From the NCBI GenBank assembly GCA_045127215.1, contig JBGVPV010000074.1, forward strand, positions 16,302-80,301: a stretch of 64,000 bases of DNA. Direction: 5' to 3'. This document shows, in pieces, positions 10,192 through 22,879 of this stretch. Position 1 is the first letter of the stretch; the number at the start of each line of letters is the position of its first letter. The notes beneath the pieces were generated by a model. It saw nothing but the letters and a program-made list of their open reading frames with translations, was not told the DNA's origin and made no database searches. Source of the DNA: Eubacteriales bacterium (GTDB lineage Bacteria > Bacillota > Clostridia > Oscillospirales > CAG-272). Made by a program: the position numbers and the translations under genes.

Positions 10192-10662
10192 TCAGAATTC
10201 AAAATAAGTGCTTACCTTGGCAACGCTTGCGCGTTCAAAGCACATAACCTCGTCGGATACACGAATGCATATCTCGCCGTTCTCGCCAACGGGCATCAAA
10301 ACGCCCCTGAAAAGCTTTGAACCGTCACGAGCGGCATAAAGCTTGACCTCAACGTCCCAGCCCTCGCACGCCTCGAGATGAATATCGTTCTTAAGCTCTC
10401 TTTCAACACCGGGAGAGCACACCTCAAGATAATACTGCTCCTCGATAAGATCCGCCTCGTCAAGCAAAGGATCTATGGCTCTGTGAAGCTTCTCACAGTC
10501 CTGAATATCAATACCGTTTTCGGAGTCGACCGTTATTCTGAGAACCTTTCTTGCGCCCTCTTTAACGAATTCCACGTCCCATACCCATATACCAAGCTGG
10601 TCAGCCAAGGGCTCTGCAAGCTCCGTCACCTGCTCGGCAATGCTTTTTGCGTTTTTTGCCAT
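10192..10662 (-). CDS. rimP: Ribosome maturation factor RimP
   Basis: 156 aa. First gene of the rimP-nusA-infB operon, with a typical LEVCSPG(V/I)ER core. Confidence 0.9.
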   Translation of the reverse strand: MAKNAKSIAEQVTELAEPLADQLGIWVWDVEFVKEGARKVLRITVDSENGIDIQDCEKLHRAIDPLLDEADLIEEQYYLEVCSPGVERELKNDIHLEACEGWDVEVKLYAARDGSKLFRGVLMPVGENGEICIRVSDEVMCFERASVAKVSTYFEF

Positions 10663-10726
10663 TACAATCTCCTTAGAAGCCTTTTATCTAACAAGTAAGA
10701 GTGGACTTTTGCAAGCCCACTCTCAT

Positions 10727-10755
10727 CGTCGGTAGTATTATAACACATTTTTTCT
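10727..10755 (-). promoter_or_regulatory. Sigma-A type promoter of the rimP-nusA-infB operon
   Basis: Minus strand: TTGCAA, 17 nt, TATAAT with upstream TGt. A leader hairpin GAGTGGGC..GTCCACTC lies downstream (about 10690-10715). Confidence 0.5.
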
Positions 10756-10858
10756 TCGATTGCAATACTTTTTTTAACATTTTTTAAAACTTTTTTGAGC
10801 TTTTTTAAGAGTATTCGCAAAAAATTTCTACAATATAAATTAAAATTGCAAAATTCTG

Positions 10859-10887
10859 TTTACAAAAAGCAATGATTGTGCTATAAT
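10859..10887 (+). promoter_or_regulatory. Sigma-A type promoter for gdpP-rplI-dnaB
   Basis: TTTACA, 17 nt, TATAAT with an extended -10 TGc. Confidence 0.5.
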
Positions 10888-10948
10888 TATAGAATAGTAT
10901 TGTAAAATAGGGTAGTTATCTTTTACAGTTAATGAAAGGAAAAACTAT

Positions 10949-13030
10949 ATGTCAAATAAAAAATTCGATTTTTGGGGCAGTCTTGAAAAGTTCCCCGCGG
11001 TAGTATACGCAATACTTGCCGTAGTGTGTCTTTCTGCCCACGTACTTATATGCACCTTTACACAGGTATCAACCGCCGTATGCGGTCTTATAATCATTTC
11101 CGTATATCTCTTGCTTGCGGTGATCATCTATTTCACCATACACAAGCGCATAAACTTTATACGCATGGCGTCAGATGCTTCCGAGGAACAGAATAACGGC
11201 GTTATATACACCTTCCGTAATCACCTCAAGATCCCCTACGCCGTAGTAACCGAAAAAGGCAAGATAATCACGGTAAACTCCGCAATGAAGCAGCTCGCGG
11301 GAGCGACGGCAGTTTTCAACGCTGATCTTAAGGATATCTGCGACCTCTCCATTGACGATCTTATATCCGCATCCGCCGGTGAGATAGACACCATGGCAGA
11401 TCCCGACGAGGAGACCGAATACGATCTTCTCAAGGATAAAAAGGCTATCTGCAACATAGGACGCAAAGTATTCCACGTTGACTGTCATCCGCTGAACTCC
11501 AAGGGCAAGCTTTTTTACCTGCTTATGTTCAACGACATAACCGAGTTCAAAAATCTCCACTCGGTCTACACCGCAGAGCATACAGCCGTTGCGTATATAG
11601 TTATCGACAACCTTGACGAGATCGCGCAGTACGCGATGGTAAGCTATCAGGCAGAGACCGCAAAGATAGACTCCATTCTCAAAAACTGGGCAAAGGAGCT
11701 TGGCGGAATTTTAAGAGAATACGAAAAGCACAAATACGTGCTGATATTCAACAGACGCGCGCTCCGCAACTGCGCTAAGGCAAAATTCGACATACTCGAC
11801 AAGGTCCGTGAAATACACGTGGGTGATGAAAATATGCCTATCACCGTATCCATCGGAGTTACCACGCTCGGCAAGACTCTTGCAGAGCGAGAGCACGAGG
11901 CGCTCGTTTGTCTTGATATGGCTCTCCAGCGTGGCGGTGACCAGGTAGTTATGAAAAACGACGCGGGCACCTTCTTCTTCGGCGGACTCACCAAGAGCCA
12001 GCAGAAGCGTTCGGGCGGTCACTCAAGAGTTATCGCAAACAGACTTTGCTCTATGATATCGGGCTCGTCAAACGTCATAGTTATGGGTCACTCCAACCCC
12101 GACTTTGACTCCATAGGCGCGTGCGTCGGTATCGCGGCACTCTGTATGCATCTCGGCGTAAACGTAAAAATTGTTACCGACGTAAATTCCGAAAGCTTCA
12201 AGGCGTGCACATCAAGGCTGTGTGAGCTTGCGGATTACAAAAACATCTTCGTTGACGATACGGTCGGACTTGAAGAAAGCGAGTTCGGTACGCTTCTCAT
12301 AATCGTTGACGCAAATAACTTCAAGATACTTGAATCCCCCGAGATCGCGGCAAATTCCTTCAAGACCGCTCTGATCGACCACCATATCAAGAAGAGTGAA
12401 TTTGAACACGATCCTCAGCTCGTATACATCGATCCCTCCGCGTCGAGCGCGTGTGAGCTTGTCAGTGAAATACTTGAATTCAGTATTCCCGTCGGAGTTC
12501 TTCGCAAGGAAGAGGCAAACGTTATGATGTCGGGAATCATGGTAGATACCCAAAACTTCACACGTACCGTAGGTACACGTACCTTTGCGGCGGCGCTTTA
12601 TCTGCGCGGCGCAGGCGCAAGTACCGAATACGCAAGAACCTTCTTCGAGCAGGCGTTTGAGGATTATCATACCGAAGCTCAGTTCGGTAATAACGCAGAA
12701 ATATACAAAAATCAGATAGCCATCACCGCAAGCTACGGCACGGGCAGCGCAAACGACAGAGTTGCCGCCGCAAAGGCTGCTGATAAGCTGCTTTCCGTAA
12801 AAGAAGTCAACGCCGCGTTCGCCATAGTTCTTATGGGTGATACCGCTCATATTTCGGGACGCTCGAACGGAAAGATAAACGTACAGCTCATACTTGAAAA
12901 AATAGGCGGCGGCGGTCACTTTGACGTGGCAGGCGCGGCTATTGCCGACTCGGATATCGACGCCGCAAAGGCTGCCCTGATCGGAGCGATAGACGAATAT
13001 CTCGCAGATACGGCGCAAAACTCAAAATAA
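10949..13030 (+). CDS. gdpP: Cyclic-di-AMP phosphodiesterase GdpP (DHH/DHHA1 family)
   Basis: Two N-terminal TM helices, a PAS-like region, a degenerate GGDEF (RGGDQVVMK), DHH motif (LIDHH) and GGGGH. Conserved gdpP-rplI-dnaB order. Confidence 0.9.
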   Translation: MSNKKFDFWGSLEKFPAVVYAILAVVCLSAHVLICTFTQVSTAVCGLIIISVYLLLAVIIYFTIHKRINFIRMASDASEEQNNGVIYTFRNHLKIPYAVVTEKGKIITVNSAMKQLAGATAVFNADLKDICDLSIDDLISASAGEIDTMADPDEETEYDLLKDKKAICNIGRKVFHVDCHPLNSKGKLFYLLMFNDITEFKNLHSVYTAEHTAVAYIVIDNLDEIAQYAMVSYQAETAKIDSILKNWAKELGGILREYEKHKYVLIFNRRALRNCAKAKFDILDKVREIHVGDENMPITVSIGVTTLGKTLAEREHEALVCLDMALQRGGDQVVMKNDAGTFFFGGLTKSQQKRSGGHSRVIANRLCSMISGSSNVIVMGHSNPDFDSIGACVGIAALCMHLGVNVKIVTDVNSESFKACTSRLCELADYKNIFVDDTVGLEESEFGTLLIIVDANNFKILESPEIAANSFKTALIDHHIKKSEFEHDPQLVYIDPSASSACELVSEILEFSIPVGVLRKEEANVMMSGIMVDTQNFTRTVGTRTFAAALYLRGAGASTEYARTFFEQAFEDYHTEAQFGNNAEIYKNQIAITASYGTGSANDRVAAAKAADKLLSVKEVNAAFAIVLMGDTAHISGRSNGKINVQLILEKIGGGGHFDVAGAAIADSDIDAAKAALIGAIDEYLADTAQNSK

Positions 13031-13070
13031 GCACATTTACCATTTACAGTGAAACATAAAGGAGATCATC

Positions 13071-13523
13071 ATGAAAGTAATTTTAACACAGGACGTCAAG
13101 GGACAGGGCAAAAAGGATCAGGTCATCAACGTATCCGACGGATATGCGAGAAACTTCCTCTTCCCCAAGAAGTTAGCAGTTCCCGCTGATTCCACAGCCC
13201 TCAACGACGTAAAGAATAAAGAAGCTGCAAAGCAGCACAAGATCGACGTTGAAAGACAGGAAGCAAAGGACATCGCAAAGAAGCTTGAGTCTATCACCGT
13301 TACCTTCGTATATGCCGCAGGCCCTGACAAAAAGCTTTACGGCTCGGTAACCACAAAGGATATTTCCGAGGCGCTTGCTAAGACCTACAAGATCGATATC
13401 GACAAGAGAAAGATCACACTCAACGAAAACATCAAATCCTTTGGCAACTTCACCGCTGACGTCAAGCTCTACTCCGACGTTACGGGAAAGATAAACATTC
13501 TTGTCAAGGGCAAGGACAACTGA
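13071..13523 (+). CDS. rplI: 50S ribosomal protein L9
   Basis: MKVILTQDVKGQGKKDQVINVSDGYARNFL is the canonical L9 N-terminus. Confidence 0.97.
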   Translation: MKVILTQDVKGQGKKDQVINVSDGYARNFLFPKKLAVPADSTALNDVKNKEAAKQHKIDVERQEAKDIAKKLESITVTFVYAAGPDKKLYGSVTTKDISEALAKTYKIDIDKRKITLNENIKSFGNFTADVKLYSDVTGKINILVKGKDN

Positions 13524-13561
13524 TAAATTCAAAATAAAGCAGACAAGGATGGAACAAGTCA

Positions 13562-14905
13562 ATGAATGACGAGCTTCTGAAAAAATTACCTTTTTCGCTC
13601 ATTTCAGAGCAATCTCTGCTCGGCTCGGTAATAATCTCCCCCGCCGCGCTTGACGACGTGGTGCAGATAATAACCGCGGACGATTTTTATATGGCAGAGC
13701 ACGCAGAGATCTTCTCTGCTATAAAAGAGCTGTTTGCAAACAGCAAGGAAATAGACTTTGTCACGCTGGTGGACTCCCTCGTTACTCGCGGAGTTTACAC
13801 CGAAAGCGCGGCCACCGATTACATAAACCAGCTTGTAAACAAGGGTAGTAACGCTCTTAACGTCAAGGATTACGCAAAGATAATCAAGGACAAGAGCGTT
13901 CTGCGCAGACTTATAGGAGTTTGCGACGAGATCTCCGAAAAGGCGTACGGCGAGGAAGGCGACGTTACGGGACTCGTTGACTACGCGGAAAGCCTTGTAT
14001 TTGACATCGCTCAGGGCAGAAACTCCAAGAACTTCCGTCACATCAGTGACGTCATAGGCGACGTTTATCAGAATCTTCACACCATCGCAACCGAGGGTGA
14101 CTCCGCTCAGGGTACCAAAACAGGCTTTTCGGGCATTGACCGAGTTCTTGCGGGTATGGGTAACTCCGACCTCATTCTCGTCGGTGCGCGTCCCGGTATG
14201 GGTAAGACCTCGTTTGCCTTGAACATCGCCACCAACGTAGCGGTTCAGTCCAAAAAGACGGTATGTATATTCTCTCTTGAAATGTCTGCCGAGCAGCTCG
14301 TTACGAGAATTATTTCAAGTGAGGCGATGATAGACAGCTACGCGCTAAGAACAGGTAACCTTGATTCCAAGCAATGGAGTGAGATAGCAAAGACTACCAC
14401 CAAGCTTGCAGGCTGTAACATACTCATAGACGATACCACGGGTATGACCGTCACGGGTATGAAGGGTAAGCTCCGCAGAGTTAAAAACCTTGGACTTGTG
14501 GTAGTTGACTACCTGGGTCTTATGCAGAGCGACAAGCGAATTGAAAACCGCGTTAACGAGGTTGCGGAAATTTCCCGAAACCTCAAGATCATGGCAAAGG
14601 AGCTCGGAGTTCCCGTTATCTGCTGTGCACAGCTCTCCCGTGGACCCGAATCCCGAACCGACAAGCGACCCATGCTTTCCGACCTTCGTGACTCGGGAGC
14701 TATCGAGCAGGACGCAGACGTAGTAATCTTTCTTTATAAGGACGACTACTACAAGACAGAAAAGGAAAACTCCGACGAGGGCTGTATTGCCGAGGTCATC
14801 GTTGCAAAGAACCGTCACGGCTCAACCGATACTATAAAGATGGGCTGGATAGGACGCTACACCAAGTTCCGTACCATTGCTCAGAATATGGAGGATTCCA
14901 ACTGA
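13562..14905 (+). CDS. dnaB: Replicative DNA helicase
   Basis: Walker A GARPGMGKTSFALN, a RecA-like C-terminal domain and AQLSR. Confidence 0.96.
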   Translation: MNDELLKKLPFSLISEQSLLGSVIISPAALDDVVQIITADDFYMAEHAEIFSAIKELFANSKEIDFVTLVDSLVTRGVYTESAATDYINQLVNKGSNALNVKDYAKIIKDKSVLRRLIGVCDEISEKAYGEEGDVTGLVDYAESLVFDIAQGRNSKNFRHISDVIGDVYQNLHTIATEGDSAQGTKTGFSGIDRVLAGMGNSDLILVGARPGMGKTSFALNIATNVAVQSKKTVCIFSLEMSAEQLVTRIISSEAMIDSYALRTGNLDSKQWSEIAKTTTKLAGCNILIDDTTGMTVTGMKGKLRRVKNLGLVVVDYLGLMQSDKRIENRVNEVAEISRNLKIMAKELGVPVICCAQLSRGPESRTDKRPMLSDLRDSGAIEQDADVVIFLYKDDYYKTEKENSDEGCIAEVIVAKNRHGSTDTIKMGWIGRYTKFRTIAQNMEDSN

Positions 14906-16281
14906 TGACGTACCCCTGCGGCTCACTGCCGCGCGAATTCCAATCTGCGCACGCACTTTGCGGTGCTGATGAGGGCGAGAGTATTTTAGCGGCGTTTTCG
15001 GGAGGATCTGATTCGTCAGCCATGCTCGATATGCTTGCAAAATACTGCGCACAAACGGGTACGGCGCTGTATGCGGCTCACGTAAATCACTGCATCAGGG
15101 GCGCGGAGGCTGACAAAGACGAGGAGTTTTGCAGAGAAACCGCCAAACGCCTGGGAGTCAAAATATTCGTTCTCAAGGTAGACGTTCCCGCGTACGCTCA
15201 AGAGCACAAGCTGAGCGTTGAAACGGCGGCACGTGAGCTGAGATACGAGTTTTTTGACAGAATAATGCGCGAGAATAACATTCACATACTCGCCACCGCC
15301 CACAACGCAAACGACAATCTTGAGACCATACTCTTCAACCTTTCAAGAGGCTGTGGACTCAGCGGCATCTGCGGTATTCCCCCCGTAAGAAACTGCGAGG
15401 GCGGATACGTAGTACGTCCGATACTCGAAATGAGCAAGACGCAGATACTTGAATACTGCCGCGATAACGGCATTGAATTTGTCACCGACAGCACCAATAC
15501 CGATACCGATTACACCCGAAATATGATACGGGCTCAGATAATTCCCGCGCTCATGGCTATCAACTCAGGTGCGGTAGAAAACGCGGCTCGCCTTTCGGCG
15601 ACCTTGCGTGACGATGCCGCCTGTCTTGAAAGTATGACGGACTGGTTTCTCGAGAGCATTGAGGACGATATGTCCGTGGACACCGAAAAGCTCATCGGCT
15701 CTCCCGCGGCAATTTCGGGCCGAGTCATTATTGCCCTTTATCGCGAGGTCTCGGGCGGCAAATCACTTGAACAGGTGCACGTGAATGATATTATCAGACT
15801 GTGTGAGAGATGTGTTCCCCACTCAAAAATACAGCTCCCATCAGGAATCGACGCCAAGATCGAAAACAAACGGCTTTATTTTGAAAAGCGCTGTGAGTTA
15901 CCCTCAGCACCCGAGGAATTTTGTGTTACTCTTACCGACGGTAAAAACAGCATTCCGCAAATAAATGCCGAAATCATCACCAAAGGCTCACAAGACGAAA
16001 ATATTTCTGAAAATTCAATATCCCTGTATTTTAATTCTGCCAAAATATGCGGTAGTCTTGTGGCAAGAAATCGTCAGAGCTCTGACAAAATTAAGGTAAA
16101 CGGCGTAAACAAGAGCATCAAAAAGCTTTTGTGCGACAAAAAAATACCACTTGAAATACGCTATCGCCTCCCCGTTATTTGCGACGATGAGGGCGTTATA
16201 GCAGTTCCCTTCCTTGCCGTAGCTGACAGAGCGCGGACAAAGAACGGCGACCTTGAATTGAAGTTCATATTAAACGATTGA
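14905..16281 (+). CDS. tilS: tRNA(Ile)-lysidine synthase
   Basis: PP-loop SGGSDS. ATG overlaps the dnaB stop (TGATG). tilS-hpt-ftsH synteny. Confidence 0.9.
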   Translation: MTYPCGSLPREFQSAHALCGADEGESILAAFSGGSDSSAMLDMLAKYCAQTGTALYAAHVNHCIRGAEADKDEEFCRETAKRLGVKIFVLKVDVPAYAQEHKLSVETAARELRYEFFDRIMRENNIHILATAHNANDNLETILFNLSRGCGLSGICGIPPVRNCEGGYVVRPILEMSKTQILEYCRDNGIEFVTDSTNTDTDYTRNMIRAQIIPALMAINSGAVENAARLSATLRDDAACLESMTDWFLESIEDDMSVDTEKLIGSPAAISGRVIIALYREVSGGKSLEQVHVNDIIRLCERCVPHSKIQLPSGIDAKIENKRLYFEKRCELPSAPEEFCVTLTDGKNSIPQINAEIITKGSQDENISENSISLYFNSAKICGSLVARNRQSSDKIKVNGVNKSIKKLLCDKKIPLEIRYRLPVICDDEGVIAVPFLAVADRARTKNGDLELKFILND

Positions 16282-16315
16282 ATTTATATTAAAGAAACAG
16301 GAAAGGATAATTCTT

Positions 16316-16870
16316 ATGAAAGTGATTACAAGCGACATTGAAAGCATACTCGTAACCCCCGAGCAGATCGACGAGCTCACCACAAGGATCGCAAAGCAGA
16401 TCAGCGAAGACTACAAGGATTCCAAAAAGAAGCTCGTGCTCGTATGTATCCTCAAGGGGTCTCTTATGTTTACAAGCGAGCTTATGAAAAAGCTTGAGCT
16501 CCCCGTAGAGATAGAGTTTATGAAGGTCTCCTCTTACGGCGCTCATACCGAGTCTACCGGTGTTATCAATATTCACGTCGACCTCATGCGTGAGGATCTT
16601 GACGAGTGCGATTTTATTCTCGTCGAGGATATAATCGACAGCGGAAGAACTCTTGACCACCTCATAAGGTACTTTCTTGCCAAGGGCGCGGCAAGCGTCA
16701 AGACCTGTACTATGCTCGATAAGCCCAGCCGCAGAGTAGTTGACCTTGTGCCCGACTACGTAGGCGTTGAGATACCCGATAAATTCGTCGTAGGATTCGG
16801 ACTCGATTATATAGAAAAATACCGCAACCTGCCCTTTGTGGGCGTACTTAAGCCCGAAATATACGGCTAA
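16316..16870 (+). CDS. hpt: Hypoxanthine phosphoribosyltransferase
   Basis: PRPP-binding VEDIIDSGRTL. 184 aa. Confidence 0.93.
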   Translation: MKVITSDIESILVTPEQIDELTTRIAKQISEDYKDSKKKLVLVCILKGSLMFTSELMKKLELPVEIEFMKVSSYGAHTESTGVINIHVDLMREDLDECDFILVEDIIDSGRTLDHLIRYFLAKGAASVKTCTMLDKPSRRVVDLVPDYVGVEIPDKFVVGFGLDYIEKYRNLPFVGVLKPEIYG

Positions 16871-16915
16871 TAATTATTTTCCCCCAGAACAGCAACCAAT
16901 TACGGAGATTTTTTG

Positions 16916-19045
<2,130 letters not shown>

Positions 19046-19071
19046 CGTATAAACACAAAACTTAAAATCCG

Positions 19072-19115
19072 CGCCCTTGGCGCAATACCCATATCCGAGT
19101 ATTGTGCCAAGGGCG
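19072..19115 (+). terminator. Strong hairpin after ftsH (terminator-like, no clear U-tract)
   Basis: CGCCCTTGGCGCAATA-12 nt-TATTGTGCCAAGGGCG, a 16-bp stem with one G-U pair. Confidence 0.4.
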
Positions 19116-19134
19116 ATTAGCTAAAGAGTAGTAT

Positions 19135-20184
19135 ATGAAAACTGTAAAGATCAACGCGTCCACCCCCTACGACATACTCGTCGGTGACGGACTGCTACAA
19201 AAGTGCGGCGAGCTTTGCCGCGAGGTAATAAAGCCCTGCAAGATATGTATCATATCCGACGATACCGTAGCAGAGCTTTATCTTGAAAAAACAAAAAAAT
19301 CCCTCATATCCGCAGGATTTGAGGTAATAACATATGTATTTTTGCACGGTGAGGCGTCCAAAAACGTCAGCGTGCTTTCAGATATACTTGAATTTCTTGC
19401 CGACAACCGCATCACGCGCTCAGACTGTCTTGTGGCGCTTGGCGGCGGAGTCGTTGGCGATATTTGCGGATTTGCCGCGGCAGTATATATGCGCGGTATA
19501 CCCTTCATTCAAATGCCCACTACCCTGCTCTCCGCAGTTGACTCCTCGGTCGGCGGCAAAACGGGAGTGGATCTTCGCGCAGGTAAAAATCTCATGGGCG
19601 CATTCCATCAGCCCCTGAGAGTTATATGTGACTACTCCACACTCAATACCCTGCCGCCCGAGATCTTTGCGGACGGATGCGCTGAGGTGATAAAATACGG
19701 CATCATCAACGACCGAGAATTTTTCTTTGAGCTCAAAAAAGGCATAGCTCAGAATATTGAGAGTATCATTGCCGAATGCGTAGCAAACAAGGCAAGAATA
19801 GTTGAGGCAGATGAGTTCGAGCACGGTTGCCGTCAGCTGCTCAACCTCGGGCACACCGTAGGACACGCGATAGAAGCGTGCTCCGATTTTGCCATATCCC
19901 ACGGATCTGCCGTCGCCATCGGCACGGCTATCGTAACGCGCGCCGCAGTAAAAAATGGGCTGTGTGACGCTGAGGAGCTTGACGAAATTCTCACGCTCCT
20001 TAAAAACACGGGGCTTCCCACAGAGTGCAGCTTTACCGCAGAACAGCTCTGCGCCGTTGCAACGGCAGACAAAAAACGCGCAGGAAGCAATATAACCCTC
20101 GTCATCCCACGCGCTATCGGAAACACCGAGCTTGTAAGCATGCCGATAGACGAGCTTTGCGAATTTATACGCTCGGGACTCTGA
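19135..20184 (+). CDS. aroB: 3-dehydroquinate synthase
   Basis: GGGVVGD nucleotide-binding motif and metal-ligand histidines (GHTVGHAIE). Confidence 0.92.
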   Translation: MKTVKINASTPYDILVGDGLLQKCGELCREVIKPCKICIISDDTVAELYLEKTKKSLISAGFEVITYVFLHGEASKNVSVLSDILEFLADNRITRSDCLVALGGGVVGDICGFAAAVYMRGIPFIQMPTTLLSAVDSSVGGKTGVDLRAGKNLMGAFHQPLRVICDYSTLNTLPPEIFADGCAEVIKYGIINDREFFFELKKGIAQNIESIIAECVANKARIVEADEFEHGCRQLLNLGHTVGHAIEACSDFAISHGSAVAIGTAIVTRAAVKNGLCDAEELDEILTLLKNTGLPTECSFTAEQLCAVATADKKRAGSNITLVIPRAIGNTELVSMPIDELCEFIRSGL

Positions 20185-20286
20185 GCATTATGCGCTACAA
20201 AATCATATTATAATATCAATAACTAAAGTTTTTTAGGAGATAGGAACGGCAAACATAAATACGCTTTGCCACCTGAATTTTGCAAT

Positions 20287-21393
20287 ATGTCAACAAGCTA
20301 TGGAAAAAAACTGAATATAAGCATTTACGGCGGTTCACACGATGACTGTATCGGGATAAAGGCACATGGACTTCCCCGTGGATTTAAAATAGACCGCGGC
20401 GAGCTTGAGGCATTTATGGCAAGACGCGCTCCCGGAAAGAGTCCCTACGCCACTCAAAGACGCGAAACCGATACGCCGATATTTCTCTCGGGCATTGACG
20501 AAGATGGGATTATCTGCGGTGACGAGCTTCACGCCATCATACAGAATACCAATATGCGTTCATCGGACTACAAAAACACGGAATTTATCCCCCGCCCCTC
20601 TCACGCGGATATGGCGGCTATGCTGAAATACGGCAAAGACGTGGATCTTCGCGGCGGCGGACATTTTTCGGGCAGACTTACAGCCCCCATGTGTATCGTA
20701 GGCGGCATTTGCTTGCAATACCTCAAGACTCTCGGTATCGAGATAGGCGCGCACATTTACGCCGTAGGCGGTGTACGTGACGACGGATTTGAGCTTGCAA
20801 GTGTCAGCCACACTGAGCTGAATACCCTTAAGGAGCGCGCAGATTTCCCCGTTTTGAATCTCGACGCAGGTGAGGAAATGAAGCGCCGCATCAGAGAAGC
20901 CGCAGAGAATAAGGATTCCGTAGGCGCGATCATAGAATGCGCGGCGATAGGGCTTCCCGCAGGACTTGGCGAGCATATCTTTGACGGTATGGAAAATCGC
21001 ATTGCCGCCATAGTTTTCGGTATTCCCGCCGTCAAGGGCATTGAATTCGGCAACGGATTTGCCTGTGCTGACCTGCGCGGCTCTCAGAACAACGACGCCA
21101 TAACCGTACGCGACGGAAAAATTTGTACAAAGACCAACAACTGCGGCGGAATACTCGGCGGTATGACAAACGGTATGCCGCTCGTTTTCCGTGCCGCTAT
21201 AAAGCCCACCCCCTCTATTTCCAAAGAGCAGGACAGCGTTGATATGAACACGCTGACACCTGCAAAGCTTACAATACACGGCAGACACGATCCCTGCATA
21301 GCCCTGCGAGCTGTTCCCGTTTTCGAGGCGGCACTCGCTATCGCAGTTTGTGACGCTCTGCTCTCAGAAGAAAGTGACTCTAATGAAATTTAA
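20287..21393 (+). CDS. aroC: Chorismate synthase
   Basis: N-terminus ISIYGGSHDD..GLPRG resembles the FGESHG..GxPAG block. C-terminal RHDPC is present. The start is uncertain (ATG 20287 preferred over TTG 20266). Confidence 0.85.
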   Translation: MSTSYGKKLNISIYGGSHDDCIGIKAHGLPRGFKIDRGELEAFMARRAPGKSPYATQRRETDTPIFLSGIDEDGIICGDELHAIIQNTNMRSSDYKNTEFIPRPSHADMAAMLKYGKDVDLRGGGHFSGRLTAPMCIVGGICLQYLKTLGIEIGAHIYAVGGVRDDGFELASVSHTELNTLKERADFPVLNLDAGEEMKRRIREAAENKDSVGAIIECAAIGLPAGLGEHIFDGMENRIAAIVFGIPAVKGIEFGNGFACADLRGSQNNDAITVRDGKICTKTNNCGGILGGMTNGMPLVFRAAIKPTPSISKEQDSVDMNTLTPAKLTIHGRHDPCIALRAVPVFEAALAIAVCDALLSEESDSNEI

Positions 21394-22579
21394 CGTAAAG
21401 CATACCGTTTCCGCCTGTTTTATCGCAATAACCGTACAGGCAATAATCATAAATTTCCCCCCGCTTCTTTTCGTTACCTTTGAAAATGAGCTTGGGATAT
21501 CTCTTGCAAAAATAGGAACGCTGATAGCCATAAGCTTTATAACTCAGCTTTGCATGGACTTCACCGCCTCAAAGCTCCCCCGCGTATTCAACACGCGCGC
21601 TATGCTTGTGGCAGGTCAGATATGCTCGTCGGTAGGACTGTTTTGTATCGCGCTTCTTCCAAAGATAATGCCTCCCTACGCGGGACTTGTTATCGGTATA
21701 GTGATAGCCGCATTCGGAAGCGGAATTATCGAAGTGCTTGGCAACCCCACGATAGAAGCCTGCCCCATTGAAAACAAGAGCAGAATACTCTCTGTACTTC
21801 ACTCCTTTTACTGCTGGGGACTCGTGCTGACCGTTCTCGTATCCACCGCGTTTTTCTACTTCTTCGGCACTGAGCGTTGGGAGCTTTTAACTTGCATCTG
21901 GGCGTGCATCCCTGCGCTGAACGCCATTATGTTTATCAAAGTACCGATATATCATACCGCCCACGACTCCACACAGACAAAGGGCAATAACCGCGTGCTG
22001 CATTCATTCGTTTTCTGGGCATTGCTTGGTGTGATGGTATGCGGCGGCGCGGCTGAGCTTTCCATGTCTCAATGGGCGTCAAGCTTTGCCGAGACGGGAC
22101 TTGGCGTTTCCAAAACGGTAGGAAACCTCTTAGGCCCCTGCGCTTTTGCGGTTCTTATGGGAAGCGCGCGTATTCTCTACGCAAAATACTCCTCTCGTAT
22201 AAATCTTTCGGCTTATATGATCTTTTCCGCCGTGCTGTGCATTATAGCGTATCTTACGGCGGCGCTTGCCCCTATACCCGTAGTCTCCCTTATCGGATGC
22301 GCGGTATGCGGCTTTGCCGTGGGCATCATGTGGCCGGGTACGCTTGTTATGGCTACCGAAAAAGTCTCGGGCGGCGGTATTAAAATGTTCGCTCTGTTGG
22401 CGCTTGCGGGAGATATAGGCTGTACCTTAGGCCCTTCCGGTGCGGGATTTATCGCTCAGCTCTTCGGGCATAATCTGAGAATTTCCTTTTTATTCTCGGC
22501 ACTCTTCCCCGCCATTATGATATTACTCATACTCGCAATAAATAAAAACGCAAAAAAATCAACGTCTCCGAAGGGATAA
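21383..22579 (+). CDS. MFS transporter embedded in the shikimate cluster
   Basis: About 12 predicted TM helices. The start overlaps the aroC stop by 11 nt. Confidence 0.75.
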   Translation: MKFNVKHTVSACFIAITVQAIIINFPPLLFVTFENELGISLAKIGTLIAISFITQLCMDFTASKLPRVFNTRAMLVAGQICSSVGLFCIALLPKIMPPYAGLVIGIVIAAFGSGIIEVLGNPTIEACPIENKSRILSVLHSFYCWGLVLTVLVSTAFFYFFGTERWELLTCIWACIPALNAIMFIKVPIYHTAHDSTQTKGNNRVLHSFVFWALLGVMVCGGAAELSMSQWASSFAETGLGVSKTVGNLLGPCAFAVLMGSARILYAKYSSRINLSAYMIFSAVLCIIAYLTAALAPIPVVSLIGCAVCGFAVGIMWPGTLVMATEKVSGGGIKMFALLALAGDIGCTLGPSGAGFIAQLFGHNLRISFLFSALFPAIMILLILAINKNAKKSTSPKG

Positions 22580-22585
22580 AATAAA

Positions 22586-22879
22586 ATGGAACTCAACGAA
22601 TTGAGAAATCAAATAGACGCTATCGACAAACAGCTTATCGAGCTTTTTGCAAAAAGAATAGACGTATGCCAAAGCATCGCCGAATATAAGCGTCAAAACG
22701 GATTAGAGGTATATGACCAAAAGCGTGAGAACGCGGTGCTTGACAAGGTTGCGTCTCTTTGCGACCAAAAGCTCGTTGAGCCTACCGTAGAGCTTTACCG
22801 CGCTATCTTTGCCATATCCCGCGACTATCAGACCAAAAATATAAACGAGAAACGCACCGATCCCGAGGAGGAAGTATGA
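22586..22879 (+). CDS. Chorismate mutase (AroQ class, monofunctional)
   Basis: 97 aa, all-helical. LRNQIDAIDKQLIELFAKR is typical of CM type II. Confidence 0.85.
   Translation: MELNELRNQIDAIDKQLIELFAKRIDVCQSIAEYKRQNGLEVYDQKRENAVLDKVASLCDQKLVEPTVELYRAIFAISRDYQTKNINEKRTDPEEEV

Noticed and set aside
19046-19134. The hairpin between ftsH and aroB was considered as a T-box, attenuator or riboswitch for the aro cluster.
   Set aside because: The region is only about 90 nt, forms a single stem-loop, and has no specifier, T-box or antiterminator features. It is more simply an ftsH 3' hairpin.
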